The notes under the pieces were generated by a model. The model was given only the letters and a program-made list of their open reading frames with translations, was not told the origin of the DNA and searched no databases. DNA of 63,844 bases, the filler included, from Reticulomyxa filosa (lineage: Eukaryota > Protista > Foraminifera): assembly GCA_000512085.1 (NCBI GenBank). It is 17 parts of 17 records of this genome, joined end to end, with 100 filler letters (N's around TTAATTAATTAA, not from the genome) between each part and the next. Parts side by side here need not be neighbours in the genome. Positions count along the whole stretch, not along the records: positions 62,828 to 63,844 come from ASPP01002081.1; 16 more parts are not named here. One strand, 5' to 3'. Shown in pieces: positions 62,728 to 63,844 of the stretch (position 1 is the first letter of the stretch; each line of letters opens with the position of its first letter). Made by a program: the position numbers and the translations under genes.

Positions 62728-62899
62728 NNNNNNNNNNNNNNNNNNNNNNNNNNNNNNNNNNNNNNNNNNNNTTAATTAATTAANNNNNNNNNNNNNNNNN
62801 NNNNNNNNNNNNNNNNNNNNNNNNNNNAAAAACATGAAATATAATTATATGTCAATATTTTATCGAGGGCTGTGTGTGATATCTAGGGTACAAAATCTA

Positions 62900-63760
62900 T
62901 TAGGGTACCCCTGTATGCTTCAATTTGGTTTTATTGCTTTCTGCGTTGTTGAATGAATTTGCCCAAATAGATATCAAACGCGAGGAATAGACAATAAAAG
63001 AAAACAAAGAAACCATAACCGGCATAATAAGCATTAGTTTTCTTATTGGAAGTAGTGGCAATAGACCACATTCCGACCATAACCAAAAAGGCTCCAAATA
63101 AAAGGATGATAACGCCAGCCAATTTGAGTGTTGGACCTTTTTCTTTAACACACGCTTGCGCGCTAGTGGAACATTTGCAGCAAATATCAATGAACTCGAT
63201 CACATACCAATAAATGCACGAGATCAAGACAAAGAACCATCCTGCTGCCACACATCCTGCTGTCGACTGATCCAGTCCAGTACCGTACGCTCTCCATCCT
63301 GCATAACTGAAAAACGCGACCAATGAAGTAAATGCCAAAATCGTGTTGAACACGTAGTATATTCGAAGGCGTTCATTCTTGCTAAAATAGTTAAAAACAA
63401 TATCCACATCTAATGCTATTACTATCAACGCGACAAATGTGGCTTCTGTTTATTATTATTATTTATTGGTTTTTTTTTAAAAAAAAGGAGCATTATTTTT
63501 GTACGAATGCTATTTGCGTTTTCCCCTTTTTTTAAAAAAAAAAAAGAGAAAAAAAAGTTGTGGAAAAAAGAGTTATGATACAAACCTATAAAGACAGTGC
63601 CAGCAAAGCCGGATACATGGTATCGAACAGACTGTCCCGCATGCGCAACGCTGTCATTGATGGTCTTGGCTAACTGGATTCCTCCGACCCAGTATAAAAA
63701 TCCTCCCAACAAAAAGGCACCTGCAAAGCCAAACTTGACAATTCGGTTCTCAAAAAAGTT
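62900..63760 (-). CDS. Multi-pass membrane protein of unknown family (partial)
   Basis: Two hydrophobic ORFs (63425-63808 and 62931-63428) separated by a T/A-rich intron-like segment; about seven TM-like stretches. Confidence 0.55.
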
Positions 63761-63844
63761 GGATCGATGTTCAAATGCTACAACCACTTTTTTTTTTTTT
63801 GAAGTCAAAGATATAAAACAATAAACAAAAAAAAAAATGTTGGA

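Noticed and set aside
24792-62827. TTAATTAATTAA flanked by Ns, recurring 16 times, as a biological repeat or CRISPR-like array
   Set aside because: It is an identical 100-bp construct with stops in all six frames, i.e. an assembly concatenation linker. ORFs ending in X..LIN or X..N are artefacts.

Overview
AT-rich, intron-containing eukaryotic draft assembly. The window is 17 unrelated contigs joined by 16 identical 100-bp artificial linkers (N44-TTAATTAATTAA-N44), so adjacency across linkers means nothing. The source is most likely a foraminiferan such as Reticulomyxa filosa. This is an inference from a Retaria-type alpha-tubulin remnant and the style of the WD40, Kelch-like, HEAT and 7TM-RGS families; no database search was run. 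Contig 1 (1-24791) has seven co-oriented minus-strand genes: CNOT11, a DHHC palmitoyltransferase, a GT25-like glycosyltransferase, a PDZ+Tudor-like protein, a Cid1/TUTase-like protein with its catalytic aspartates replaced, LAMTOR3 and an SLC36-like transporter. It also has a decayed STI1/HOP copy. Later contigs carry mostly partial genes: HEAT/ankyrin, Serinc, a class C GPCR with a ProX-like ectodomain, GLE1, 7TM-RGS, CEP70, Kelch-like, WD40, a GBP/VLIG-like GTPase-Cys/His-rich-vWA protein, GOS28, signal peptide peptidase and TMEM87/PTM1. One contig (56045-57200) is bacterial and encodes a methyl-accepting chemotaxis protein. Many ORF breaks fall in homopolymer runs and look like sequencing errors. 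The best leads are the pseudo-nucleotidyltransferase, clean in-frame stops in otherwise intact genes, the GTPase-vWA protein and unusual splice signals. All protein calls come from recalled motif similarity, and most exon boundaries are approximate.
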